A stretch of 64,000 nucleotides of DNA, taken from the NCBI GenBank assembly GCA_037447605.1, contig CM074808.1:2356001-2420000 (forward strand). Direction: 5' to 3'. Numbering within the stretch: position 1 is the stretch's first letter; every line of letters starts with the position of its first letter. A model generated the notes under the pieces. It had not been told where the DNA came from. It saw only the letters and a list, made by a program, of their open reading frames with translations, and ran no database searches. The position numbers and the translations under genes are program-made. Positions 15,024 through 28,448 of this stretch are shown here, piece after piece. The stretch comes from Zygnema circumcarinatum SAG 698-1b. Its lineage: Eukaryota; Plantae; Zygnematophyceae.

Positions 15024-17896
15024 TCAAAAGCAGAAACATCCTCCATGCACAGGAATGTTGTCAATTGGCACCATCCCCGACCCTTTGCGGATGTCCACTG
15101 CCTCAAGCGATGCTGTTACTTCGCCCATGCTCGGCCGGTTGGCGGGCTGCCCGTCCCAACACCTGCGCATGATTTCAGCCAAAGGCTTCGGACAGATGCC
15201 CGGAATGACAGGTCGCATGCCCTGCACCAACAGCTCGCCAAATGGGGACCAACTGGTAAGTCGCAAGATAAATTTCCCCTCACTGCCCATAAGTTCTTTC
15301 ATCAACCCTACTTAACATAAGCTAGGTGAGATTCCCTCAAAAAAATGTGCAACTCCATTCCTCACATGCTCCATGTCCATCTGAGAGTGGCTCACCTGGT
15401 TCACCACGGAGGCCATTTCCTTCAAGTTCAGATTTGGGAAGGGCATATCGCAAACGTATATTTCCCAAAGGCAGATGCCAAAGCTGTACACGTCCGCCTT
15501 ATGGTTATAAGGCCGCCCGTCCAGCACCTGCGCTTCGACACATTGGCAGAAAATGAGTGCAGAAATCTCCATTCCATATCAACCTAACTTAAAGGGATTC
15601 CTGACAAAGGTGAAATGCTAACCCAAACTCTGCAGCAGCTCTGTCGGCACTGTGTCATAATGTGGCCTTATCAAAGTAACACATAGACCGCACCGCAAAA
15701 GGATGGGAGAAGAAAGCCCATGAAACATGTCAAATGAGCTGTGACTATTCCCTAGAAGAAACACTGGCTTCCATTCCATTAATCCTGACACATGCAAAAT
15801 AGTAAAACTTAATACGAGAACACATTCCAACACTTTTTCTTCCGGTTTTCAAAACTGTCTTACTGCTGGAAGGGGGCAGAGCAATTTCTTCAAAGGAAGA
15901 CCAGGTGTGCATTAACCATATCTAGCATAACTATCTCTGTCTTTGGGTTCCTTAAATTATGTCTTTCAAACGAATAATTTTCTGCTTTATCATCAAGCCT
16001 GCAATAGGCAAACTGATACCTCCGGTGCCATATAGCCGAGCGTTCCAGTTCGCCCTGTCATGTCTTTCGGATCTGCGGCTTCAGTGCGGGCGACTCCAAA
16101 GTCGCTGATCTTCACAGCGCCCTTTTTGGTCATGAGCATGTTTTCCGTCTTGGTATCTCTGTGCACCACTCGCTTCGAGTGCAAGTACTCCAGCCTGAAA
16201 CCTCTACCCAGTTCTAAATTAGTATAAGTCGTCCTAAAATCTAGTAAGAGTATCAAGTCTGACTGTGCTGTTGGCCGTTTGCTTTACACTGGCATTAAGT
16301 GACTTTGGACATGCCTGTTTTCCGCATACATACACTTTCTGTCAGCTGCATCCATCATGGATGAGCGAAAATTGTACTGCTCAAAACAACAAGACACAAA
16401 TCCATGACACTACCTGCATTTTGAAAAAGTTCAACATGGCTATTCTCCATATGAAACGAAACAATAGTCAACAAAACTCAAGCAATACTTGAGTTATTAA
16501 AACTAATCTAGTGCACCATCCTTTAGATACAAAACCCTACGAGGCATTGACAACGAGTCTAACATCGCCTAGTCTTTATTATTATCCTGTGTCCCTTTTC
16601 TGTATCAACAGCAATCCTGCACTAAGTTAGCATCATAAATATTTTATCACATAACAGAGAAAGAATATTTTTCTGGCAGAGGTTTCGCTGGTAGAGGAAT
16701 TGCTAGTACCCACCCGCGAGAGATGTCAAGGGCAAGCCGGATGACAGTCTTTAAGGGCAGCTTTTTTTTGTGGTGTGCGATCAGAAAATCTTTGAGTGTG
16801 CCACCCGACATGTATTCCACTACTACGCAACAAATATTACCACCGACCATGATCTCCCCCTTGTTCCCCGCGACTAGAGATGGAATGAGAAAGCCATCAT
16901 CGTCACCTAAACTTGCTCCAATGAACTGCATACGCAACCAAGGACGAAAAATCAGAGAAGACAGTGCGCTGCTTTGAAATTGATAAATAGGATAAACGTC
17001 TTCGTATATCTTCGGAAATGAATCAGATTTCAAGAAGGCCAGCATATGAGTTACCTGGGTAACATTTGGATGGTCCAATTGACTCCAAACAGTCACCTCC
17101 TGTTTGAAAGCAGCCCGCACCGCAGACAATTGTGCTCGCACAGCAGTACTGTCCTCTCCCCAGTGAAGCAGCTTCACTGATCCGACACGGCCCAACAAGA
17201 AATTATCAGCAATGAATCTCCCTTTACCCTTATGAGCAATTACTGCACCACCTTCAGCGCTCCATTTGCTCGAAACAACTGAACAAGAACTTAAATCTGG
17301 GCCCCCTTCCGAGGCAACAATGTCAAGCACGGACACGAGCAGGCCGAAAAGGAAATCAATAAAGGAAAACAAACTCTGGGCCGTGATTTTTTTAAATATG
17401 ATACTTGCTTGCTGCTACGGTCTCCACTTCTTGTCGCTATGCCCTCTCAACATAACTCGAAAGACGAAGCAGCAGTTGAAAACCTCATGCAAACTTCGCG
17501 TGCTAAAGAACCGTAATCACCTGCCACATCGCGACCATTGTATGTCCCGCGATGAACCGTGCCGAAAGTTCCACGTCCAATGACCTCTTTCATAACCAGC
17601 TTCGCTACGTCTATCTCCCAGGGCTCCGGCTCGGCAGCTCCTTTTGACGGCCCTCTTGGTTCACGGTTTAAGCTCTGGACCTTCTCGAGTTCAGAATCCA
17701 GCTCGGCAATGTTCACCAAATCCGCTCGAACACCAATCCATGACTCCTCGCCCTTTTGAGCCGTTTTCTCCGCCGAAATCACCTTGAGATGGCTCACAGA
17801 TTTCGCTCCGATGAGCAAATCAGGATCAATTCTGCTGAGGCTCTCTGACTTAGGCATCCTAAGCCCAGTGACGCTGCCATTACGTGCCGCGGCCAT
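15024..17896 (-). CDS. Raf-like (group C, CBC/ATMRK1-like) Ser/Thr/Tyr protein kinase, multi-exon
   Basis: WEIDVAKL...VIGRGTFGTVHRGTYNGRDVA|VKLLHWGED...AAFKQEVTVWSQLDHPNVT, CCVVVEYMSGGTLK, HRDTKTENML...DFGVARTEA...TGTLGYMAPE, KADVYSFGICLWEIY, C-terminal GGCFCF*. Confidence 0.92.
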
Positions 17897-18321
17897 CCCT
17901 TGCCTGATCGAGCTTCTACTTACGACGAACTCATGAGGCAGCTCAGCAAATATTTCCCGCCTTCAAGCATGCGTCGAATTGGCTACACATTGGAATGCTG
18001 TGAGCGAATTGGTCGAGCCTGCGCGCACGGACCCATGCTGCCAGAATCCGGCAACCATGGAAACTCCGCGCACACAGTCTGCTGAGCCCCAGAGCCGCTG
18101 CGGCCCGTGCCTGCAGGCAAGGCGGCTTTGCCAAGTGTTGGCGCTGAAATCATGTCTTCCGCCCTCCCTCGCCTCCCCCCGCCCTGCCCTGCCCTGCTCT
18201 GCCCTCCCCCTCCTCGCCCCTCCTCCGCCCTGCGCGCGGGCAGGCAGGCAGACAGACAAGAGGCCTGCCGCCCTCCCTGTCCTTTCTCCCTCCAGCGGCA
18301 CTGGCCTCCTGCGCGCCCGCG

Positions 18322-18400
18322 CCGTACAGCTGCAACATCGTCCGTCTTCCCATCCACTCGGCTGTCCGTACGGTACGGCCTTCCGAAAAGCGTACAGCGC
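18322..18400. promoter_or_regulatory. GTAC/CCGTAC cluster upstream of the kinase
   Basis: CCGTAC at 18322, CCGTACGGTACGG at 18366-18378, CGTAC at ~18391. Confidence 0.5.
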
Positions 18401-20201
18401 AGCCGTAAACGGGCAGTCGCGAAAGGTTTTGGGCTGCCCGATATAGGGGCACATACATGGCCGCCCGGGCCGGATCTTGACAGTCAGGCCCGGGCAGTGC
18501 CGACAAAATTTGTTAACGCGTGCTCGCTGGCCAGCGCTGGCTGGCGGGCCCGACACGTGCGAGGGAGCTCCAGCAGTGGGCACGCGCCGGCCCCTCGCGC
18601 CTCGCTTGGCCACGTGGGCGATCGAGGTCCGGGCCGTGGCCAGACGCGCGCGACGTGCGACTGCTGACTTTGGCGACAACGCGGCAGCATGGGCTGCTTG
18701 GCATGGCATGGCATGGCATGGCACGGGGTCGTGGCAACCTGGGGGGTGGCGCGTCATCGCCATGTCATGTCATGTGATGTGGCGACTGGCGGGGACTTGT
18801 ACTATGTCAAGTAATGACGAGACTTCGTTTCGCGGTTGGCAATGTCGGCAATGTGATGTGGCGGGGACTTGTACTGCATGGCCGGTGCATATTGCTATGT
18901 TGGCATTGAAACTGACGAGGAATTCTCATTGGTCTCGCAATGGCGATGCCATCAAATGTACATGGGCATCAGGACATGTACAACCAATGTGGATCTTCCA
19001 AAATTCACATTCACCTATAGAAAAAAAAAAAAGGGCTACGGGTCAGCTTTATTCTAATTACTTGTGAATTATTTATTCATCTAAGAGTTTTACTCACCTA
19101 TGGCAGTGTACGCAGTAGAGTCTTTTGCACCTGGCGATGGGGCGGCAATTGAAGGGACGATTTCTTGGTCGGGAGATATTACTTGCGTTGCGTGTGTTAT
19201 TCGGACAATTACTATCTTTGTTTTGCAGCCTCTCTGCAGCAACAACGATCTGACGCTGACGTGTTCATTTTACTGGACGCCACATGTCGACGTGACATTG
19301 GTTAAAATACAATGCCTCCATCTTTGACTGCCTCCCTTTGAAAGTAACAAACGCGTACTTGACCCCTAAGTAGAGCACCAGGACATCCTCGTGGTTTGAT
19401 GTACAAGTGAAGCCACCGGTTGCTTCGCGCCTAAGTAAAGCCCCCCGCTATGCCAAGGGCCCAGGGGCGGATCCAGGATTGTAATTGGGGGGCGGCCTGA
19501 GATCCAAGATTTTCGTTTGAAGGGCTGACCAATGAGTTGGGCAAAAAAAAAAAAAATCGAGTGTACTTCTGCTATTCAACTTTCGCAAAAAATCGCGATC
19601 TAGTTTTCGAACTTATATTGGTAGTTGGAATATTTCTGTACTTGTGTTTCTAACTTTGTAATTCATTCAGCCATCCTCATACCATATAGGCCTTAGCATA
19701 CGACCGAACTGGGCTAGCCTAATACAACGGCCCAGTCCCGACGTAATTGCCATTCACGCTCTTAAGCACAGCCTGTTCTACAAGAGAGGACATATAAATC
19801 GTGAGTAAAACTTGCAGTAGCTAAATCTCAACATTCATAACCTGCGAAAGAATAGAACAACTCGACATGCGGTCGACAAAAAGCGATGGATACCTTGTTA
19901 GCTCTTACCGCGGTATATTTTGGCGACTCCACTAATTGCAGTGATGGTTGAGACCGATCGATGACGCTCGCTCGGCGAAGTGCGCTGCACGCAAAGGAGC
20001 GTTTCCGTACTGCGCTGGACCGTACGTGGCCGCCCGGATCCATGCTCAACACAGTTCAGCCCGCCGTCTAACTGCGAGACGTCATCGCAACAGAGAGCGC
20101 GAGAGTGCGGGAGTGCGCGGACTGCTGGAGGGAGGCAGCGGCCGGCTCGCGGCTCCCTTGCTCCCACCTCCGCCTCCGCCTCCGCCTCCGCCTCGACGTC
20201 A

Positions 20202-23200
20202 ATGGGGTCGGCGGGAGAGGTAGCGCAGCTGGCGGCGACGGGACAGACCGTGGTGGTGAAGGAGAGCACGACCCCCGAGACGCCCTCCCTGCAGAGGACG
20301 GTGGTGCTTGTGCTCGACTTTGGCTCGCAGTACACTCAGCTCATTGCTCGCAGAGTGCGAGAGCTCGGGGTGTACTCTGTCAGCCTTCCTGCGGGCGTCC
20401 CGCTGGAGAGAATCCAGGCGCTTCATCCGAGCATAGTCATTCTCTCAGGGGGGCCGAATTCTGTGCACGAGGAGGGTTCGCCAAGCCTACCGGATGGCTT
20501 CTTGCAATACACTAAAGAGAAAGGGATATGTGTGCTCGGAATCTGCTATGGCATGCAGTTGTTGGTCCAGGTAGGCGGTGGCGAGGTCAAGCGAGCGTCG
20601 GCTCAGGAGTACGGAAGGATGAAGATGAAGGTGGTTAAAGGCACGCAACTGTATAGCGAAGACAGCCAGGAAGAGCAGGTGGTTTGGATGAGTCACGGAG
20701 ACGAGGCTGTGAGACTTCCCGAGGGCTTTAGGGTCGTCGCCACCAGCGAACAAGGCACAGTGGTGGCCATTGAGAACCCTGCAGAGCACTTGTATGGACT
20801 GCAATACCACCCAGAGGTGGGATGGCCGCGCTTGATACTGCTCTGGGTTCAAAGGAACAATTTTTTTGCGCCTTTATCTCTTGTCGAGTAACAACTCTGG
20901 ACCTCAAGTTTCTTACCTTTCCTGTTTCTGCCTTTAGACGAAACTCCTTGCTGTTCCTTGCGCAGCTTAAAGCATCTCCCCAGAACGACCCTGCCTATCT
21001 CTGCCCCTTGAGGCCTAAAATCTCGCGAAACATGAGCAACAGGTTAGAATATCAGGACACTGTCCGTTCGTGGCCTTATTGGTGTTACACACTGGATGCA
21101 GGTGACACACTCTCATTTAGGAATGGAGACGTTACAGCGTTTTATATTTGACATCGGTAAAGCAACAGCAGACTGGAAGATGGAGGACGTGTTAGAGGAA
21201 GCTATTGAGCTGGTGAAATCTACAGTAGGCCCAGACAGTCATTCGATATGCGCACTCTCAGGTGGTGTCGATTCCACAGTTGCAGCCACGCTGGTCCATC
21301 GTGCCATTGGCGATCGGTTGCACTGCGTGTTTGTAGACAACGGCCTCCTCAGGCATGGAACATCTTGCACCTTTTTTAGCGATCCTCCAGCCATTGCTTA
21401 CAGTCAACTTGTTATTAAGAAAATCTATTAGGGCAATGCCTCACTCCATTGAATTCTTTTGTAGGATTGCGAACATGGCAAGGTGCTTGTATGGTAAGGT
21501 CCTTTCATTAAAAAATAGTTGCAATCCTTGGAGAGTTGAAAGTTGATGTATCTGTAACTAATTGGAATTATAGTCTTGATTGTTTTGCCGATTCATCAGC
21601 GAATGATTGTCTTATTGTGAACATTGGTAAATTTATACGTCATATAATAGTTCTAGTGGCAGTTTATGTTTATGTAAACGATAAGCGCGCCTCACTTGTG
21701 AAAAGATGCAATGGATATCATCAAAAGAGTACATAACATTCCTTGTAGCTTATAGAGTTTGGTTTGGGAACTCATGATAGGATGCTTAAAGACAGTATGG
21801 CTTAATATTGTCAAAGACTGCAATTGTGCAGAGGTACAAACGAGGTTTTCGCAAGTACATTGTTTGGCATAAATGGTCTTAGCCTGACAGTCTGTAACTT
21901 CGGGGATAAGCATACTGACTGTCCATTCGTTTATGTATTCATGGAAGTGGCGCATCAGTAGATCCAGTTTTGTTGTGCTGTTGATCATGAGACTACACAT
22001 TTGCAGCAATTATATTGAGATCTGTCTCTTCTGTTTTATTGCCCCACAGGTACAAAGAGAGAGAGCGTGTGATGGATATGTTTGAAAAGGAGCTCCATCT
22101 GCCAGTGACCTGCATTGATGCCAGCGAGCGCTTCCTTAGTAAGCTAAAAGGCGTGACTGACCCAGAACGGAAGCGTAAAATTATTGGCGGGGAATTTATT
22201 GGCGTGTTCGACGACTTCGCATCAGAATTGGAGGCAAAGTTGGGAAAGCGACCAGACTTTCTAGTTCAGGGAACACTCTATCCCGACGTGATTGAGTCCT
22301 GCCCTCCTCCAGGGTCTGGGAACAAACATTCACATACGATAAAAAGTCATCACAATGTTGGAGGGCTTCCGAAGGACATGAAGCTGGGATTAGTTGAACC
22401 ACTTAAATGGCTGTTTAAGGATGAGGTGAGTTGCCACAATGCCTTTTTTTCAGCCTGCTTTTGGCAGATGGAATTATCCGCTGATAGGAAGAGGATGGGA
22501 ACTTACGGCTACTCTGGAATTTGCATAGGTGTTGATTTGTCTGAAGTTTGAAAATTGTTGAACCTGGGAACCGTTACAACTTTGTTCCCATTCACCCCTT
22601 TCTACTGTTTTCTGATTCGTACGCTAAAGAATGCTGATACTAGATCCGACCATCCGCCGTAAAATATCCTATGCAGGCGTGACTATGTTGTGAGCCCCAG
22701 GAAAGGTGATGCTGATGACTTTTGTAGAATACCAGATTGCTTGTCTGACTGATTTTATTTGTGCACAGGTGCGGAAAATCGGCGCGCTGCTGAATGTGCC
22801 ATCTGGTTTTTTGAAGAGGCATCCTTTCCCTGGCCCGGGGTTAGCAGTTCGAGTGCTGGGGGATGTATGCGCTGATGGAGCCCTTGACATCCTTCGACAG
22901 GTAAGTTTACAGGCTTGCCTCCTTTGTAACATTAGGTTGAGATGTCAACATTGCAATGGACTCACAGAGACGCAGAGGCTGCAGACTCTGAGTTTAAATC
23001 TACGGACGGGTGAGGATTAAGGGCGATCATGCCATGTGTACTGGAAAGAGTCAATGATACTGGTATTTTGATTTTTTCATTGGGCATCTCTCTGTCGTCG
23101 CCTGGTCAGTTTATTTCCCAAGTCCACTTAGCGGACATCCCTTCTGTTGCAGACCCTTTCTTTACCAACTATAGTACCGGTTAACGAAATGTTGATGGCC

Positions 23201-23893
23201 TCTTTGTTCGCGCATCTCCCCTGCCTTTTGGGCACTATAGTTTTGTCCTTACTGCTCTCCCTCGCAGCTTATACGCGAACGTTATTTGATAATGTGCAGG
23301 TTGATGAGATCTTCATTAATGCCATCAAGGAGGCGGGCCTGTATGATAGCATCTGGCAGGCATTCGCTGTGTTTTTGCCTGTACGGTCAGTAGGGGTACA
23401 GGGAGATCGACGGACACACTCGCACGTTGTGGCCCTCCGAGCCATCACCAGCCAGGATGGGATGACAGCGGATTGGTGCGTGGCAACTGCCTTCACTCCC
23501 TGCTGTGCTTCTCGGTCTGCCAGCTGATGCTTGCTAGGTTGAGCTGATTGGTGAGATCGAAAAGAGAGGTCGAGGGGTTCTACAACAGCTGCTTGACAAG
23601 TTCGAGGTTGAAGTTAAGGGAAATGACGGTGCTGTTTCATTATCATGGCAAGGAGGCCTTGTGGGAAGCAATGCCTTGTTTGGGTCATCTAGTGTTTCGG
23701 CTGCTAGAGTCGTCGACTGTTGGAAGCAGTGAATTGGACGCTGACAGCCGTACTTCGCAAACTGTGCAGGTTTCAATTCGAGCCGCGGTTTTTGGGTGAT
23801 GTTGCTGCGAAAATCTGTAACAGTGTTAGCGGTGTCAACCGAGTAGTGTATGATATCACATCGAAGCCTCCAGCCACCGTGGAGTGGGAATGA
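20202..23893 (+). CDS. guaA: GMP synthase (glutamine-hydrolysing), 6 exons
   Basis: [25 protein letters not shown] (catalytic Cys), GLQYHPE|[45 protein letters not shown], and C-terminal [18 protein letters not shown]. Approximate exons: 20202-20816, ~21100-21352, 22050-22425, ~22770-22900, ~23300-23477, ~23771-23893. Confidence 0.97.
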
Positions 23894-24347
23894 TGCCCCC
23901 CCTGCTGCTCCATGCTACGCCATGAGAAAAAGAAAAAGTTGTCAATAAATGTTACTTGTCCCATGTTATTTGCAATAAGCTCCATTGGAGACACAAAACC
24001 CTTCCGAGTTTGGATCTAGGATGCTGTCAGATTCCTTTCATGTTTCCTCATCATAGCCAGCGTGCCCTGATTCGACTATTGATGGTCATCTCCCTTGCTT
24101 GAGACACGAATGTAGCTAGGAACTTCCGCGTCAACGGAGGAAGGAACCACGAACTTGACTCTGTGTGGCTACGAGGTGATGCCATTCTCCTTCTTACACC
24201 CCTTTTTTCACTTTTTTTGTCAACTACCCTCGGTGAGCACGTCCTTTGTACAGTGTGCGCAGCCTACGCATGCCTAACAAGGTCGTCATGGCCATGTGAG
24301 CGCGAACTATCGAATAGGTCAATCAATCATCACGACCCATGATGAAC

Positions 24348-24518
<171 letters not shown>

Positions 24519-24605
24519 GAGGACGTCAAACTCTGCAAGTACGCGCCCACCCGACTCTCGAGGAATTCGGGTTTGAACGCTTTTGGCCGAACGGGCGCAA
24601 ACAAG

Positions 24606-24801
24606 GTACGAAGGGGTGCCGTACGTCTGTACGGACTGCAATGCTCGAAGCCTAGTACAGTACTGAGGGGGCGCCGGGCGGGCGCGCAACCGTACGGACA
24701 GCCCTTCAAACAGAGACGTACCGTACAATTTCGTGACAGTACAGTACTTGGCCGTACGCTCTTGGGAGGAGAGGGAGAGCGCCGGAGGCCTGCTAACCCT
24801 A
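24606..24801 (+). promoter_or_regulatory. Promoter of the TMEM115-like gene: 11 GTAC cores plus telobox-like AACCCTA
   Basis: Eleven GTAC in 24606-24757; AACCCTAG at 24795; ATG at 24957. Confidence 0.6.
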
Positions 24802-24956
24802 GATCTCCCTCTCCCTCGGAGCCATGGTTATGGCGCTGCACTGAGGGGCGTTGGAAAGGGGGCGCTGCTCCTGTCTAGGCGCTGGTAGGGGCTGGGAGGA
24901 GGGTCGCGGAGGGTAAAAGTTTGAGGAAAATCGTAGAGGTCGGGGGTTAAGGCGAG

Positions 24957-27387
24957 ATGGCGACTGGATCGTCATCGGTGAGTTGGCCACGCTTGCGTAT
25001 CTGAGGTATCATTGGGAGCGGTCCAGAGTCGAGGAGGATTCTTTGCTGTAGACAAACTTTCATTTTTTCCACTGGCTCCGCTGCACTTGTTAAGCATATT
25101 TGCAACCGGACGTCCGCCGCCTACATTACAGATGCTAGTTATTCAAATGCATTGCAGCTGAACATGCAGGGTTTCGTTTTGTTGGCGTTCAGGTCGGTGG
25201 ATTGTTTACGGGATTCACAAGGCTTTCAAAGGCGCTGGCCTTTGTGCTGTGTGTTGGCTACCTGATCGTCACTCTGGTTCCTGCGGCACTCAACTATTTG
25301 GCTCTGGTTCCGGGAAAGTAAGACCTTGAAACCCTTTGAAAGATCAAAATGCAGCATGTAGCCCTCAGTTGGATACAAAGGCTATTTTTGGATGGTATTC
25401 TTTCATTATTTCGCAGTTTGATAATTGCTTTCACTCGCAACTGCTCCTAGGGGTGGCTTCAGCGGTGAGCAGGCCTTGACCCCGGTGGTACTGACTTTGT
25501 ACTCTCATGCTTGAGCTGCAGAACTATCCCGTTTGCTTGGAATTTAGTTTCTGCGGGGTATGTCGAGAAGTCCTTAATCAGTGTGAGTTTAGAGTACCTC
25601 TCTTCAGCTATGATTATTACAGAAGCAATCTGCTTGTTGTGGACGGAAAGAGACCTCCGGAAGAGAGAAGCAGACTTTTTCAATTCTTGTATCCTGTCGC
25701 TTGTTCCGAGTTATGTGCCACCATTGTGAGAATCCTGAATTTAACTTACTGTAGTGTGGTTCTGCAGCTTATTGTCAACTCTTTGGCGTTGCTCTTTCTT
25801 GGGAAGTCCCTAGAGCCGGTATGGGGCTCGAAGGAGTTCTTCTGGTTTATTGTGGTCGTAAACACATGGACCTCCATTTGTACTTTCGTCCTCATGATTG
25901 TTCTCTACTACAGCACATTGAGTGAGCGGTTCCTGTAAGTATTCGTGATGCATGGCAGCTTGCAGTTTTTTTTGTCAAGTCTCTTTGCATAAGATATTTG
26001 TTGCGTCTGACTGGTCCTGCGTGGTGCTATGTTATTGGAATGGGAAGCATATTTTTTTCTTGATAGTGAATGAGTTGCTCAATATCATCTAGTCCTATCC
26101 GCCTTCCTCGATTTCGCTTCTCTCTGAGGGAGGTCTTATCTATTCTAGCCGTGATCTTGGTCATCCAGGTATGCTCCGGGTGCAGCGATCTGCGGCTTTC
26201 ACGGAGTCGTGGCTGGTTTTCTTGTTGGAATCAAGCAGCTTATGCCCGACCAGGAAATCACTGCACTATTCATTCTCAAATTCCGAGCCAAGGTATCTCT
26301 GTTTTCAACTTCGTCTATTGTCTAATTAAGGATAAGGAGTCCCACAGGCAATGCCAACCGGCGAAGCGGGTAGTGTTCTCCGTAGATATTTGTGGGACGT
26401 TCTGGATGATTGAGGGTTGGTCTTTGGGCTTTTGTGGAACGCAGTGGTTGCCATCCCTATTTGTGCTTTTCTCTTCAGTTTTATTCACCGCCGTTGGTGA
26501 CCCCGTCCAATATCTACCATTCATTATCTTCGGAACCTACATCAGCTGGATATATCTCCGATTTTACCAAAGAAAATCGGAGGCAAACTTGAAAGGGGAT
26601 CCTAGTGAGGAGTTTGCCTTCACCACTTTCTTTCCAGAATTCTTGAGGTAATGTTCAATTTGAAATGGCCTTCGCAGCGCACTTGCATTCCGATGAAGTT
26701 AGACATTTTTCGGTCTGACCATGGAAAGCTTGAAGAACTCACTGTAACCGTTCTGTTGATTTGTTTTTTTGTTTGTTGTTCTCTTTTCCTCCATTATGAA
26801 AATCCTAAGCGACTGTGGTGATATGTCCATCTATATGCTTGCTGGATGCTTGCCTTTGCTGGCTTTGGTTGTATTGCAGTCTTGAGATCGGAAATATAGA
26901 GTCCTTCTAGCAGTCACAATGGAGTGCCTTACAAAAAAATTACTCTTTTTGTCAGGCCCATTGTTGGAACTATTGCCACAATTGTTGGGCGGCTTTTCTG
27001 TGGACGGAGGCCCGCAGTGGACAACGCCAATGACCAAGCCTTCATTGTCGCTGGAAAGCCACTACCTGGTTCAGACCCTATTGACGCTACGCGCCGAAGG
27101 TAGGATAAAGCCCTAAAATTTCTTTTTAGTTGCATGCTTTAAGTTTTATGTTTTTTCTGCCGATTTTTCTGTTTTGATCATTTCAGGTTGCAGATGCTGG
27201 ATGCAGGAGACAGGCCTGTAACCTGAATTTATGTCGATTTCCTAACAGTTTTCTAATATTTTGCAGAGAACGCGGTGCACGAGCGTTGGAGGAGCGGCTG
27301 GCAAAAGCATCTTCTGATGTTCCCCAAGATGTGGCAGCTGCGTCAAGTAGCGATGCGGTTCCTAAGGCGGCTGATGAGCAAGTGTAG
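24957..27387 (+). CDS. Rhomboid-like protein 19 / TMEM115 (DUF1751) membrane protein, multi-exon
   Basis: MATGSSS|VGGLFTGFTRLSKALAFVL...YLALVPGK, PFAWNLVSAGYVE, LLFLGKSLEPVWGSKEF, WLPSL...FGTYISWIYLRFYQ...GDPSEEFAFTTFFPEFLR, LPGSDPIDATRRR|ERGARALEERL...EQV*. Confidence 0.88.
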
Positions 27388-27781
27388 GCATGCTGAAGGG
27401 TTTGTGTTCTGGTCATTCGTCCCGTCTACTGCCCGCCATCTCCTTGCCATCTTATGGTTTATGTAAAGCAAAAAGTTTTGACTTAGGTCTGTCTTTCTGC
27501 AGCTCTTGCGCGGTTGTAATCTTGTCGTTCCTTAATCCCTGCGTCACTGTTTTCCGCTCTTGGTGGAAGCTCGTTCATTTGCAGCAGGACGACTATGGGC
27601 TGTCTGGGGTGCATGCAAAGTGTCAGAAAGCCTGCAGATTCAGATCTCTCTCAGGCTTTGTATGGAGAATATAATCGCTGAAGTGTGCGCGGCCTCATGG
27701 ACCATGGTGCCTGAGAATCAACATGAAGTGCATGACAAATACAGACATCAGGAACAGAGGAGTCATGAAAGCTATATTGAG

Positions 27782-27892
27782 GTGACGCAAAACTTAGTCG
27801 AATCAAAGTGACGCAGAACTTAGTCGAATCAAAGTGACGCAGGATATTATCGAATTGAGGTGATGCCGAACTTAGTCGTATTGATGTGACGT
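27782..27892 (+). repeat. 26-bp tandem minisatellite, ~4 copies
   Basis: GTGACGCAGAACTTAGTCGAATCAAA-like units start at 27782, 27808, 27834, 27860 and (partial) 27886. Confidence 0.85.
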
Positions 27893-28273
27893 ATTGCTGT
27901 AATTGTCTGTAGAGAACGTTCCATCCTTGAGCGATTACATTTGCTAGATGGTCTGATGGTTAGCAGATTGGACGATATTTTGTGGATTGAACATTGTCGT
28001 CACAAAGTGCAACCGAGAACGAGAAACATGACCACACAAAAACAGAAATCCATTCTAATCACTGGTCGACCCTCGTTATTTTTGTAATGAGTGAAATCAC
28101 ATACTCCAGCTTTAAAAAAGAAAAGCATCCCCATTCTAAAGAATCAGTGAAGAAACCGAAAACCCTATTGACAGCGACTGATTCTGCATAATCTAAGATA
28201 ATCTACGATGTAATTATGATGTAATTTCAGGAACAAGACATGCTTGATTTAAAGAAGACCCAGACGGCAAACC

Positions 28274-28343
28274 ACTAGCGACAAATCAGCCACATCAGAG
28301 ACTCTGAGAGCCTTTTCTGATGTAGCGTCACAAGTTCGCTAGC
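28274..28343 (-). promoter_or_regulatory. Eukaryotic SECIS element (GUGA core, type II-like apex) in the SELENOK 3' UTR
   Basis: Minus strand: helix I GCUAGCGA/UCGCUAGU; core 5'-GUGAC...UGAU-3'; 11-bp helix II GCUACAUCAGA/UCUGAUGUGGC; unpaired AAA followed by a mini-stem GGCUC/GAGUC. It lies ~115 nt downstream of the in-frame UGA. Confidence 0.9.
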
Positions 28344-28448
28344 CTCGTGCTCGCCATCATAAAACCGATCGCCGGCTGAGAAATGTGACCGCGGCACCTG
28401 CCACTTCAGCTGCTCCGCCAGAAGGCGAAGCAGTGAGAAGCAGATGCC

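Noticed and set aside
17963-18777. Many overlapping 100-270 aa ORFs on both strands
   Set aside because: This is GC-rich promoter/5' UTR sequence depleted of stops, with no recognisable domain; the same applies to 43228-43984, 48980-49728 and 58248-59114.
19462-19497. GGGGCGGATCCAGGATT, resembling a plant Mutator-type MITE terminus
   Set aside because: No matching opposite TIR or TSD was found; at most a remnant.
27782-27892. CRISPR-like array
   Set aside because: The units are contiguous without unique spacers, there are no cas genes, and the context is eukaryotic.
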